From: Tubulanus polymorphus | Lineage: Eukaryota; Animalia; Nemertea | Length of the DNA: 64,000 nucleotides | Direction: 5' to 3' | NCBI RefSeq assembly: GCF_964204645.1 | Contig: NC_134036.1 | Coordinates: 1,736,001-1,800,000 of the forward strand | Shown here: positions 1 through 13,700 of the stretch, piece by piece | Numbering within the stretch: the first letter of the stretch is position 1 | Layout of the letters: every line of letters starts with the position of its first letter | Notes under the pieces: generated by a model | Seen by the model: the letters and a program-made list of their open reading frames with translations, nothing else | Database searches by the model: none | What the model was told of the DNA's origin: nothing | Program-made: the position numbers and the translations under genes

Positions 1-592
1 TCCGCAGAAGTTATTCATGATTTCATCCCCAATAACAAACCAAGAGTCCAAGAGAAGTAGTTTAGTACCTAGCCGTCGTTCGTAGGGAACCGGTAACAAT
101 GGCTGGTATTCAGACTACAAGAGATGGTGCCAATGATAGGGTGTTACTACTACTATGTAGTTAGTAACCTAATCGTTGGTGGTAAGCTTTTTATAATCGG
201 ATGGGCTTATACCAACTATAACTATCACTATATGTGGTTTGTGAAAATATCCGATCGTGAAACTAAACTACACTGTCTACAGTCAGGATACTGACTAACT
301 ACTAGGCCTATGCATTTCTATTTCGTTGATTTTGCCCAAAATACATCGCGTATGGCCCATTTCTGAGTTGGAAATATCAGCCTAACCTTATTTGTATATA
401 CTCAATTACTGTCGCAGTTCTCAGCTTCGCGTTGTTGCTTCCAAATAAGTCTAAATTAGATTCCAATGTTTATCAATTTACTCCATCACATTTGCCTTCC
501 GTGTCTACGACCTTCAGAAAATAGATCGCGCGCGACTCGGAGTGTGTTTGGGGCTACCGGGAGTAGCTTCAAGCCAGTTGGGAAACGCGCCA

Positions 593-850
593 AAGGACTA
601 GTGGCCGAATGGTGAAACGCTTGACCACTGGTCAAAGGAATGCTGGTTCGAGTCCCACTGTGGGCAGGATAATTTCATTTACTCTAATTGATAAACGTCA
701 CTTGATTTTTTTGGTGGTTTTGTTTTAAGCTTTAATTCATCACGATTAATCACCCCTACCACCACAAGGATCGTATGGCGACTGACGTGGATCACTGTTG
801 AAACAACCACTCCCGGGACTCTGGGCGAACATGTTTATGATGTTAGGAGC
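593..850 (+). mobile_element. tRNA-derived SINE-like element (3' boundary approximate)
   Basis: A box TGGCCGAATGG (602-612) and B box GGTTCGAGTCC (645-655) at tRNA spacing; non-canonical anticodon loop and no proper acceptor stem; non-tRNA body follows. Confidence 0.65.
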
Positions 851-869
851 GCTTTCCTTAAGTTGCCAA

Positions 870-1043
870 CTCCTATGGAACTTTGGCCACAAAGCAGCAT
901 GTAACAGTAGTGTTGATCTTATGGGTACGGCCCAAATGGTCTCAAGATTTTCCTCGTTGCTCTATGGAACTTTGGCCGTATGAACTGGCCCGCAAATCAG
1001 CATGTGACAGCAGTGTTGATTTTATGGGTATGGCCCAAATGGG
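870..1043. repeat. Two diverged copies of an ~80-90-bp direct repeat
   Basis: CTATGGAACTTTGGCC...CAGCATG...GTGTTGAT...TATGGGTA.GGCCCAAATGG occurs twice. Confidence 0.8.
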
Positions 1044-1089
1044 CGATTCCGACAAAGATGATATTTAGGCCAATCGTCTGACCAATACA

Positions 1090-1167
1090 ACAATTACAAT
1101 AATTCCACGGAAATAAAATACAAGAAAAAACAACTAAATATTTCATCAATTTTTTATTTTTTTTATT
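1090..1167 (-). terminator. Candidate distal polyadenylation signal
   Basis: Two AATAAA hexamers (1167-1162, 1158-1153 on the minus strand) followed by TTAGTTGTTTTTTCTTGTATTTTATTT. Confidence 0.55.
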
Positions 1168-4100
1168 ACATGATGTTTTTTCATTTATTATTATTATCAT
1201 TATTATTATTGTAATTATTATTATTATATTCATCATATAAAGAACAAATATATAAGAAACGTATAAGGTTGATTCTGCTAGTCGCTACTAGATGGCGCTC
1301 AAAATTCGCCATTCTATATGGTACATAATAATGTATATAGTCATATATGTTAATTTCCCCTTGACGACAGATTATTACAAGGACGAAAGTTACGAAGCGC
1401 AGTTTCCATGACGACTGGTATTTACAGTAAAACGAAGAGTGCATTTTTTCACAATCAAATTCAATTAAATCATATTGAGAAACAAGAACAATCCGAGTTT
1501 AGAGAAGTCTGCATAGATATTCATAGTCAGTAGACGATCATCACAATTTCAAATTGCTTGCGTTGGTTTTTGAGCGTGAAACCGAGAAACAAAAAATGAA
1601 AAAAATTCATAATTTTTTTTCAGGCGATAAATAAATTCGGAAACGTTATATTATGCAATTGAGGGGCACGTGACTTGCTCTATTTACAAAAAACCCTTGC
1701 TATGCACTGCGCAGACGCCCAGAGATAACTGATCGTCATAGAAACCAAGCATGCGCAACAGACGTCCGGTAATTTACGGTGTGGGGGAAATAGAAATTGG
1801 ACACAAAAAATGGGTTTTTTGCTTATTTCGAGAGTAAACACTTAAATTTGAGCAAATTTGCGAATTGCACGTACATTCAATATTTAGTAAACCGTCTCAC
1901 TACGAGAGGGCGCTGAAGCCACGTCACCATCTACACGCCAAACATGAAACTAACAATCGACAACCCCTTGAATAAATTTCACTTCAAATTTCAAATTTAA
2001 CCAATTTTGAAATCATGATCGATAGAGGGCGCTGCCAATTTATCACTCGCGTTTAGCCAATAGATGGCGCTTTACGGCGCGACACAACAGAACACATTCA
2101 TTTAAACGACGCCGTCTACCGGACATCTATCATCTCCTCTACTAGACAATTAGTTACAAATGTCCACGGTAGATGGCCCTAGCGTACGCACATATTTCAT
2201 TGTTGTTCAAATGGCAAGAAATGTTACTTAACATATTTCTATCAACTTAATAATAAATTTTCTTTTTTTCCCCAACCAACAACAAAATTGTAGTCCAACA
2301 CACACTTTTACACCACCGTCTAACATCATAGTTAAACCGGAAGTAGAAGTTAAATATACTTCCGGGTTTTTTTTAAACCGATGTATGCACGGTACACATT
2401 AAAGCGCGTAGCAAAACTCGATGTTTACTTTTTTCTCGTGATTTTCGAATAGAAAATATCATATTATTTTTTCTGGTATCGTATTGAGACTCAAAACGAG
2501 TTTCTTTTTAATAAGCTCAACTCGACCATCGGCCAAACACTCACAAACAAACCATACAGAGACAAAAAAAAAACAAACAAACATAAATTTAAGAATCAGA
2601 AAATCTTTTTTTCAGTGAGAAAAAAGAACAAAAAAGAGGCTTGAAAATTAATCGATTGATCTATGTACAAATCGTCATCACCATGGTTACGCATTGTATT
2701 GATTCAGAATAACTTCCGGCGGGACACGTGGCGAGAAATGTCGACAACGGTCACCAGACGGTGCTCCGACACACACCAACACGATACGGACTCACTCTCG
2801 TCGCCGCTAGACGGCGTTATAACGATATATATATATAATCACTAGGATATATCCTCAAGCCTGCCAGTCGACTGAGACAGACAGCGGCAGGTGAGGACGG
2901 TTATGGAATGCATATTATAAGAGGATAATGTAAGTCAAGTATCGATTGGTTTTTTCTGGTGCCGCTAGATGGCGTTTCTCGCCATATGTCCGCCGATCTT
3001 GGTAATCATAAAGCTTGCAAGAAATGAACCTTTTCCAATTAACCTCATTTTCATAGAGATACGAATCAATACTTTTCTTCAACCAAAAAAAAAGAAAAAT
3101 GGCGGCTGCCTAAAGCTCCATATCGAACGTAGGTTATTACGATAATTAGATTTAAGCCACGTGGCTAATTAGCATTATGGAACTTACTAGACCACAGTAA
3201 CGCATATCAAGCCAGCCCTAACGCCTATTTAGACAAAACAGTAATTATTTTAAAGCCTCGAAGAAGCCACATACATCATCGCCCTCTATCGAGCCGATTT
3301 TGAAATAAAATCGATTGATTGCCACAAAGCAAAAGGTGGGCGTGTCGTTAATTTTTTTTTAAATTGAACTGTTTGATTGACATTAGAAAATAAATGCAGA
3401 ACAGAAAAAAACATGATTATGAAATTAATTGCGGAAATAAAACTAAAATTAAGATTTAAAGATTTTCGACTTCACTTCGGAAAGAGTTACAATAAATTTC
3501 TAACGTCCATAGTTATAATGATCATAGTTATTTTTAGTTAGAAATTCTTAATAACATTGATTTTTCCTCAATTTCGACTACTCTTTGGACTCGTCGGGCA
3601 ATCGGTGGAGACGATTGGCTAACAGAAAATTTCAACGAATTTTTTTTTTAAATTCAAACATAACGGTAATGATTATCGCGCGATGGTAACCATAGCCACG
3701 ATTATCGATCGATTGGAAAGCCTATCACAGCGGAATATATATATATAGTTATGAGAAAGATATGGCGCACACAAAAACCGCACGCACACTGCAGTCGGCG
3801 TCGTGTGCGCACCATATAATCGCACACCGCGCTGTAGAAATTACAAATTAACATTGAATCCACGATATCATTTTCTATATACATGTTACATGTTTTAGTT
3901 TATCTGCATAATTCACGCTATGATGAACGCAACCTTGACCTTGGGGCCGATACGATGAACAATAGTATAATAATATAGTAGTATTTTCAAAGAGAAATTG
4001 GTCCAAAAACCCCGAGCAGTGCCCCCTACACACGTGACACGAATTGTGCCTGGCAAACCACTGGTTTAATTGTCGAATTCGATTTCATGATGACATTTTT

Positions 4101-7100
4101 GGATCAGAAGACAAAGTAGAAAGAATTAGAAGAAATTTCTGCCTTGTTCAAAAGTATGAATTCGAAGGAGTACATTAAGATTTTCGAGATCGAATTCGAC
4201 AAATAAAAACTATGACGTTGAACAAGTGCAAATCAGTCACCGTCAGGGGGCACCACTCGAAAACTGCATCCGACTAAGTGCCGTGTTGCGCTTGACACAC
4301 ATCAAGGTTCATTTAATCTAATAATATTTACACGGGATTAACTAAAAATCTGAACCCGGAATAATCATCATTATCGATGATATTATTAATAATAATAATT
4401 ATTATTATCATAATTTGAGCACAGGAGAATCTAAAACGGAACACCATCGAATTCTATATATTATGCTTAGTAACTGGAGCGAACGAACGCAATAAAAAAA
4501 CCTTCAAAATACAACCGGAAAAAATCTCGATAGACACTCGTTTCTATTGGAAACAACACAAAATTTTGTTGTTTGTTTTTGTTGCTATTTTTTTCTAATT
4601 TGATTTTCCTGCTCGCTAGTTGATCCAATTAATTTCGGTGGGATATTCGTTTTAATCATCTCAATTAACGAGTTAATAATTAATCAATAAACTGAATGAA
4701 CTGTTTTCGAAAGACGAGAAAAGGTCGAAATTTCGCTTGGGACAATTTTGTTTTTTTTGCAAGAACAAAATTTCAAAAACAAAAACTTCTAATTAGTCAC
4801 TTAAAATATACCATTTTTTAAGTTGTATTTCGAACTAAACCAAAATTAGGAAGAAAAGTGGAACTTTGTGGTTATGGAACATCTGAAATTTGCGATAAAG
4901 TCGAATGGTATTAACCTATCATTTCAGAAATAAATAAAGCACTTTAGGATGCTAATTTGGATTGATAAAATAATCTACACCAAATCGAAAATTGAGCTGT
5001 CATCAATTAAACAAAATTGACGCGACTGAATCATCCAAGCTCGAACTCGATTCGACCTTAAATTGAAATTTCGTAACGACCTTGACACAGATTCACTATT
5101 AACCTTAACCTAGACCTACTTTTACACGGTTGAGATCGTTTGAAGATGCGTTGTTGATTGATTTTTGCAATAAATCAATAATATTGATCGATATCGATGA
5201 CCAATTAATCGATAATCAATTCTTTTTGAGCGAGTCATTATATTATTTTAACAAAAAGATTAGAATGTAGTTTTTGTTTTCAATAATTTTTAGTTTTTTA
5301 CACATGGCTTGCGCTGTACGTACAGTAGTAACGGAGAACAGAGTTGATCGATAAAATTGTGGGGCTATTTTTAGAAAAAAGTTACACACACACACACAGA
5401 AAACAATATCTGGAGCAAATCGTTTCGGAAATACCCGATAGAGGTCGCCGTTCAGTCGGAGGGATGGATATTTGTATGAGCGAGTTTATATTCGTACAGG
5501 AACACGTAGACGAAAACATCGATACACAAAAAATGACACGTAGGACACAAAAACATTATTTTTAAAATTTCGGACAATAATCGACAAGTTCTGTTTGAAT
5601 AACATTTTTTACGTATTTACAAGCGAGAACAAAAAACAACATAAAATTTGTTTTAAGACCCTTAATTATCATTAGTATCATGAGGGTATTTCTTTATCCG
5701 ATGCCCTGAGATATATATATATGTATGTATGAATTCAAAATTAAGAAAAAAAAACCGTCGGTATATTGTTGGCTAGGGAGATATTCACTACAATGAACTC
5801 CGTTATTTTTACCTTATTCAAAACGACATTTCGAAATTCTATGGGAAATTAGAAACCAGTTTGTTTTATTTTTCAAAGATATTAAATTCAAAGCCAAATT
5901 GAATTCATTAAATTGTGAAACTGGACTTTAAAAAAAGAGAAATTTATAACGCTTCAAAATCATTGGTTAACAAATATTGTCAAATTTTCCTTTTAACGGT
6001 AACTAAGGGTATAATTGCTGAACCTATTGATCAGATAAAAATTTCAACCCCCAATTTGTGCATATATTTTATATCAATTCAGGGACATATCATTACAATA
6101 TAAGGATCCACTGTTTTCATCGCTATCTCTTAAATGATTATTTTTTTCATATTTGTCTCAAGTCATGTATCAGCTCTTTTTTAAGTGAGCAGAAAAACCC
6201 AAACCAGAAAAACACTTTGTTTTCGGCGACATTATTCCAGACAACTTGCACTCGCAAAAAGTAAAAGCAAAAAAGCACAAAATCGAAAAGAAGAAACGAC
6301 AAAATATAAACATAAAAGATTATAATAATTATAACATACTCAATAGAGAAAACGCTTCGAAGCAGTTACCCTGTTTTCATTTTTCCGTTCATCGTCATTT
6401 TCCACGACCCGAAGTTTTGGAGATCGTTTAGGCAGCGATTTCTTGGTTAGTTTACAGATAAGTCCGAGGGTTCGAGGGTTCGAGTCCCATAAATAACCCC
6501 TCAGATCTATTTCGCGCCTGTTGATTATTTTTTTTGTTTTAGCGTATTGCAACACAAAATTGTAAATGAAATGCATTCGTTATGTAGATCGATTCAAACT
6601 TAATTCTTAAATGTCAGAAACCGAGCCCCGCTGCGTCCAAATCACTATATCCAGTCCCACGCCACTTATGCCTTTTATCAAGCCACAAACCTCTGCGGAA
6701 CACTGGGTACAAAGCATTTCAGATGCACAACTATGGAGCCGTCTGACTGGCAAAAAGACCTACACAAAACCGAGGTTTAAATGAAACAATATATGAGTTT
6801 ACCATCTATGAGATTAAAGCAATTGAATATGAGATTATCATGTTTAGTATGATCCACTTAGAGAAAGAAAAAGAATATCATAAATCTCAATTCGATTTTG
6901 AAATATCATCGAACAAAAATATCGACATCGAATAAAAATAAACAATGAAACAAAAAAAAAATCGAATAATTTTATCGATTTTTTACGCTTATTTTTTTCG
7001 GTTACGAATATTTACAAACTTACTATCAAAATATAGATAATTCGATCGACACAGCTTTCCAATATCGAATATCAATCACATATCATTCGAAAGATATCAT

Positions 7101-10100
7101 TTTTGAGATATCGACTTAAAGCAGATCACGAAAAATAACCTGTTATTCTTATTAGATCATTATTTGGGTTAGAGATATCAACATTTCGGAGAGAGATATC
7201 AATCACGTTATTCGAAATAAACATATCTTATTCCAAATATAGCATCTCTTTTTGAAATATGAATATGATATCATTCGAGATATAGATACGATATATCAAA
7301 TTTGAAACGCATGCGCGTGTCGAGTCTTGAGAAAAATTCGAGAAATAATGCGAGCATTTTTACTTACGATCAAATCATATGCGTTACCAAACCGAACATG
7401 CGCATACAACCAGGCGTACCACATACATTATGATTATTCAATATACATATATCATATAAGAAAAAAACCGAAAGAAATCCTAGCGTAACAACATACTCGA
7501 TTACACATACACATATCATATATCGTTTATCAGATATCATCAAAAATTGCATACAAAGGTCATGATATTATCATAGTTATAATTATTACCATATTTCATA
7601 CCGATTTTTGTACGCGCACAATACTACCTCTATTTTACGTCGAAGAAAATCATGTTATCATCATGATCGATAATAGAGGGCGTTACGATCATCGCAACAC
7701 TAAGGATAAAAATTCCCCGATCCCTATAAGAGCCCCCCGTCCCCCAAACTAGATATATAGTCCGCGCACACCCTATACCTCATTGAAGTTATTCGTTTTT
7801 CGGTTTCTAGAAGTTTAATGTTCGTTGCACAGTTTAACAAGTGTCGAGTCTGTATTTTATCATCAATATATATATATATATATATTTATATATAGATATA
7901 TGTTTATCAACAAAAAATTATTATATAATTATAATAATCGTAATAATTATATCAATATCGATAATCATATAATTAATAAAGTTAGTATAATGTTAATTAG
8001 TTTGAGTAGAATTTGCAATGGTTCTCTGAGTAATCGTTATAGACAAGTGAAAGTAAAGAATCAGTCATGGAATTTTACAGTACTGATGATTGACAGCTGT
8101 CAATTGCCATGTGTTGACGTGTGATTGGCTTGGCAAGAAAGAAGGTGGGTGTATTCAACGACAATTTGATTAAAATGGCCCTACCCCTTTTTCAAATTGA
8201 GATGTGCTAGTTATTGGTTAAGTGGAGCCACCCGGGACACGAAATGTTCTAGTGCGACCCCTATCGGTTAGGAATGCAATTATGCAATGGCGACGACGTA
8301 TGCTCACGTAGCGCCATCTATCGAATAAAGAAAATCCCGTTACCGCGGTGCACGAGGGCAACAATGTGATAAAATTTGCATGCATAATTTTCTAGAAAAT
8401 GTGAGAGAGCCATTTCCTACACGCGCATGTAAAAATAGACATGCGCCTGTCAGAATAGCACATGTACATGTCACCATTGACATGCGCATTTTCGATATAG
8501 GTGGCGTCTCGGTAGCGCGGTGAATAGGTTGAGTTACGCGTACAATAATAGACACTTAAGAATTAATTATACGACATTTATAGAACGAAGATTAAAAATA
8601 TTACAATGAATTTACATCACATTATCATCATCGTCATCATATCATTAGCATATCATTGGCATTTAATTATCATTAATTGATTAATCAATATTCAACCATA
8701 GTTTTGTATGTATATATATATATATGCAGTATAAGGGACTCAGATCACAATTTGCCTGCACAATGAAGTCCTAACCTCATTTTGTTTGTGTGTTTATGCA
8801 TATCATTCGAATTGGAATTCTTTCAATTCCCCTTTTACACCAATCACCCACCTCTCAGACGAGAGAGAGAGAGAGAGAGAGAGAGGAGGAAAAAGAGGAG
8901 ATGAAGAGGGAAAGAGTCTAGAACGACGTATTATGCAAATGCATGTACATACACGTATACTATAGTCCACAATATTGATTTTTTCTCTTTCATTTCATTT
9001 GTGATTCAAGCATTTTAATGTTTCTCAAAATGTATACATATTAGTTAAACACGTGACGTATCATTGCTTGCATAGCCTCAAAATGACCCCTGAACTCTGC
9101 ATCAGGGCCGATAGGGCGCGCCACGCATCATTCCGCACCAAAACGATCCACGCCCCCTGGCATTCAGTTAATGAACTGATAGAGCTTAACATAAAACCAG
9201 TGTTGATTTGGTCGCTGTTCGAATCGTCAGGTGCGGGTGTGCGCATGCGCGTTACCAACGACGAAACACAGTCGCTAAAAATCACCATGGTAACAATAAC
9301 ATCATCATCTCATCGTCATCGTCATCATGATTCAATAATTAATATTCATGAGTTTAATAATTATAATAATAGTTGTAATAGTTAATTTATTAATATTAAC
9401 GAGCTGCAAAGAGCTCATTAAATATGCGATATGTAAATGAACCGAGTGAAAAGAACGACTGGACGGAGACTAACATTGTTTATCATTATCATTATCATTA
9501 TCAAAGTTTGGTTTTTTGCTTTGTTGCACGTGTGATTATGTGTTTCAGGTGTTCATGTGTGTGCGCGTGTTCACGGAGTGTCCACTTGCGGACACTCGCG
9601 CGGACACTTACTCTCTCGATCGCCACAACAATACACTAATAAAAAATTTCATCTTCTCGCGAACCGTTTTCAGTTCGTACTAATTTTTACCACCATAATA
9701 ACTAATAATAATAATCATATATTGGACGTTAAAAAATAAAAACGAACGATTAGAAATTCTGCATATATTCCTTTTTTATACCGGACCCAAACGGCACCGA
9801 CCCTACCTGAGTAACCATGGCAACCAGAACAAAATGGCCGAAATGCTAATTCTATAGAATAGAAAATATAACCGTAAGTTTACACGATACACTTCTCAAT
9901 GTTTACTGGAAAGAATTTTCTTCGCAACATTCAAGTCGGCCATCTTGTTTTCCTACGGTTGCCGTGGTTACGGTCAGAAGAGCTGTACCAATGGGTGATA
10001 ATGAGACTGCGACACACACACACAAACATACACATTACATCTTATAGTATATCTTACGTAATATATATCGAGATATTTAGACGCTTAGTATTATTATTAA

Positions 10101-10701
10101 TATTATTATTATTATTATTAACTAATCGATTACTCGAATTAATTAACAACAATTTAAAAACAACGGTTCTACGGTAATTAATATAAATATCAACGAATTT
10201 TGCAAATATTTCTTTTTTTCACTAATCATAAATTTGCTGACATGGTCTGAGCGACTGAACGATTCCGTATTCCTATACGTTACTACACACACACACATCG
10301 ACGTCGGCAACGCGAGTAAATGTTCGTTGTCATGGAAACTAGAATAGTAAAATCTCGTAGTCGTCATTGTTGTCGTCGTCGACGCGTCGTGTGAACGGTT
10401 ATATGAAGAATATCGTTGATGCGGTGCTGATTAAACGGGGCTTGTAAATGTGGTGAGATTGTGTGTGAGAATGAAAATTTCGATATCTCAAAAAAGAACG
10501 ATTTTTCTCGAAACGTCGATATTTTGATCTCCTCCGGTGCGCGTTGGCATTTTCAGTTGCGGGTGCGTCTCGTGCCGAGTCTCTCCTCTATGAACAAAAA
10601 CAAAAAAACAATCCGTCCATCCGTCCGTCCGTCCGTCTGAGCGGTGTGCGCGGTTGTTATTGTTGTTAGTTGGTTGTCATGGTGATGCTTTAACGATAAT
10701 T
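1135..10701 (-). other. Probable very long 3' UTR of cpo (up to ~9.5 kb)
   Basis: No further coding exons found; U-rich on the sense strand; lacks the intronic satellite families; six UGUAHAUA elements; ends at paired AATAAA followed by a U/GU-rich tract. Confidence 0.5.
1285..3291. promoter_or_regulatory. Cluster of CTCF-like motifs near the gene's 3' end
   Basis: AGATGGCGC/AGAGGGCGC-type cores at 1285, 1900, 2019, 2057, 2166, 2804 and 2962 (forward) and 2110, 3280 (reverse). Confidence 0.45.
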
Positions 10702-10761
10702 TTAAAATGCAGGCTGAAGTAGGGACTGAGACATCAGAGAAACATCTTCCTTGACTCGACA
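10702..10761 (-). CDS. cpo: Probable last coding exon, [19 protein letters not shown]
   Basis: Very strong polypyrimidine tract TTTCTTTGTTTTCTTTTTCAATTTCAG; phase 0; TAA at 10704-10702. Confidence 0.8.
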   Translation of the reverse strand, partial: CRVKEDVSLMSQSLLQPAF

Positions 10762-13700
10762 CTGAAATTGAAAAAGAAAACAAAGAAATGAATACGTCGT
10801 ATATGAAACAAACTAAATTGAAGTCTCCTCAACATCTGGAATGAGTTTAGTTCAGTTCAAAAAGTGACTTGGATTTTAAGTTGTGAGAGAGATTAGCTAT
10901 AGAACTAATAATGAGCCTAGACTGGCCTCATATGAGTAGCTAGATTGGTTATAGAAACAAACTTAAGCTTCGACTTGTCTCAAATCTAAGTCAAGGAAGC
11001 TTTGCCACCTTGTCTCAAGGAAGCGATGATGTTTGTATGCCAACCATTCTACCTATGGGTTTGGTTTTAGCGGAAAGTGGTTACCATCCCCATAACATGG
11101 ATCAGATTATAGCCCTCCAACTCCAGGGTCCATTTCTCCTTTTTGTTTCTCTACCACTTCGTTGTGTTGAAAGCCATAAGAAAATATCGTAAGCCAAGTT
11201 TTGACTCCACGTCCAGAGTTCATCAGTACGTTTTAGAATTGAATATGGGCTTCGACTGGTCGTTTGATTGTTTGCTCAGCATTCAACCTATGGGTGTGTT
11301 GAACCTCTCCATCCCCTGTTACAACTACACGTGAACCTCTCCATCCCCTGTTACAACTACACGTTAACCTCACCATCCCCTGTTACTACTACACGTGAAC
11401 CTCTCCATCCCCTGTTACAACTACACGTTAACCTCTCCATCCCCTGCTTACTACTACACGTGAACCTCTCCATCCCCTGTTACAACTACACGTTAACCTC
11501 TCCATCCCCTGCTTACTACTACACATGAACCTCTCCATCCCCTGTTACAACTACACGTGAACCTCATCATCCCCTGTTACAACTACACGTGAACCTCACC
11601 ATCCCCTGCTTACTACTACATTACACGTACCGGTTCTCCCATTTTATTCTTGGCGTATTCAATGCGTATTCCACCACGTTCACAAGTCGGTAAAACCACT
11701 CCGTTCAAAGCCTTCATCGCTTCACTCGCATAGGCAATGTCCTGTTTATTACATAGAAAATAAAAGAAATAACTACACGTGCGATCGATGTCTTCAAAAA
11801 GATGGATGCCTTCTTTATCCCCCCAATGGCATTGTCTAAGTGTGGCCATAATTATATTTATGTGGTTGTCTTCATAGCTCCCCAAATAGATCCTTCAAGA
11901 AAAGAAGGCCGTCTTCATAAATCCCCTATGACATCATCAAATTGATGCGATGATAAAGACACGAGTAGAAAAATAAGTGGTTGTTCCCATAAATCCCCCT
12001 ACGACATCAGAAACGCACAAAAGTGTGATTCCATCAGAAAAAGATGGATGCCTTCATAAATCCCCCAATGGCATCATCAAAGACATCACTTTATCCACGT
12101 GATGCATTAAAGTAACGATGGTTGCCTCCATGTGTCCATCAATGACATCATCAAACTAGTACAACAATTCATCCATGATATCATTTGAATAAAGATGTCA
12201 TAAGCGAGTCTACGAAGGCGGGCATTATTTATGTTATGACCCTCAGTATCTATCATCACATCATTTGATGACGTCATAGGGGGATTATAGTTAGGTTTAC
12301 TTACAGCAAATTCAACAAAGGCAACAGGTGCACCTCCTTTTGTATGCATGCGTATTCTGCTAAATCCGGGGTATCTGTTCGTATTATGAAAAGAGAAGAT
12401 AAGCGTTAAATATTGCGGAAAGATCTTCAACCCACGATCACTGACCATCGAATTGAAAATATACGATTTTACACGATTAGCTAGAAATAGAGAATGAACG
12501 ATTTTTCACAGACTACACGATCAATTAATAGAATACAGTTTAACGGAAAAGATTTCTCCGAGATTTCATGTAAGATGTTTAACACGGTGTAGTTGTGAAC
12601 ATCTAAGTGATTAATACATACTGGGAGAGGAACAAACTTCAACAAGGTGTTTCTTTGCAAATTCAAATTTTTGTATTCCAAAGTCTTTTTGCATATGGGG
12701 AAGATGTTCTGGCACTTTTTCTTAGTCGAAATGAATTCATTTTCGATATCAAGTTATTTCTAATCGAGTCTAATATTGACTCTCGATTCTAGAGAGCTAT
12801 GAGCTACTGGCTCCTCTGAGATGCTAAATTCAAATAAATTTATTGAAGATAGAGACAAGTTTAGTACAGATTTGATTGGATATTTTATAAAACTATTTGT
12901 AATATTCATAATGGTAAATACAATATTAATAATATTATAATAATGAAGATAATGAGATAATATAGTTTCAATCACATCTTTTTAATGACTATTATGTGTA
13001 AATTGCGCTGACATGATTGATATGAGGACATTATTGCAATCCAGCCAACTTTTTTACTCTAAATAACGTTGGAAAAATGTTGGCATACACCGAATTTTAT
13101 TCGATAACATAAATAACTAAATTCTAACATAATATCGAAATCAACGATTGAAGCAGAAAGTGCAAAAAATACAGTGACCAAGATTTCTAATAATAATAGT
13201 TCGGTTTAGTCGCGTATGAAATTATGATTCAAGCAAAAACTGATCAATACTGTACGATTATTGTAAAAAAATGTACGAATATGAGAAAATGTGTCAGTTT
13301 CGAAAATTTGTTATTTCTACTATCATTTAATAAATGACGAAAGTTAAAGCGATTTGAATTAAAAATTGCAGAAAGAAGAAGATGTTAAGTTTTAATGACA
13401 GTAGTTCAGTATGCTGACTAATGAATTAATAAAGTTGCCATCTATACATGTTAAAGCTTTTGCAAATGATAACATTTCTATTTTGCACATAGTGTCTCAA
13501 CAATATTGGGGCGGGTCTTTAGTAAGATTGACAAGGTAATTTGCATAATAGTTCTGCGATGCAACAAAATGCGACAATTATAACGGGGCTTAGAAAACTT
13601 AATGTCGGAGCCAGTGGCGATGAAATATCCGCGCATAAGACTTAATACGGAAATTCCTGGTTAACTCTATCCCAATTCTGGGTCGTATTACTCCGGCAAT

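Noticed and set aside
595-668. Functional tRNA gene
   Set aside because: A and B boxes are present, but there is no good acceptor stem and the anticodon loop is non-canonical; better explained as a SINE head.
1864-2910. Single miRNA seed matches in the putative UTR (miR-92-type at 1864-1870, miR-1-type at 2904-2910)
   Set aside because: Single 7-mers are expected by chance in 9.5 kb and cannot be supported without conservation data.
6467-6490. Second tRNA-like B box (GGTTCGAGTCCC)
   Set aside because: No convincing A box or cloverleaf; at most a small SINE remnant.
997-10367. Many 60-110-aa ORFs downstream of the stop codon
   Set aside because: Low-complexity, AT-rich translations without domain signatures; consistent with non-coding or UTR sequence.
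11299-11620. CRISPR-like array (32-bp unit); likewise the 47- and 58-bp arrays
   Set aside because: Head-to-tail repeats without unique spacers, no cas genes, and a spliceosomal-intron context.
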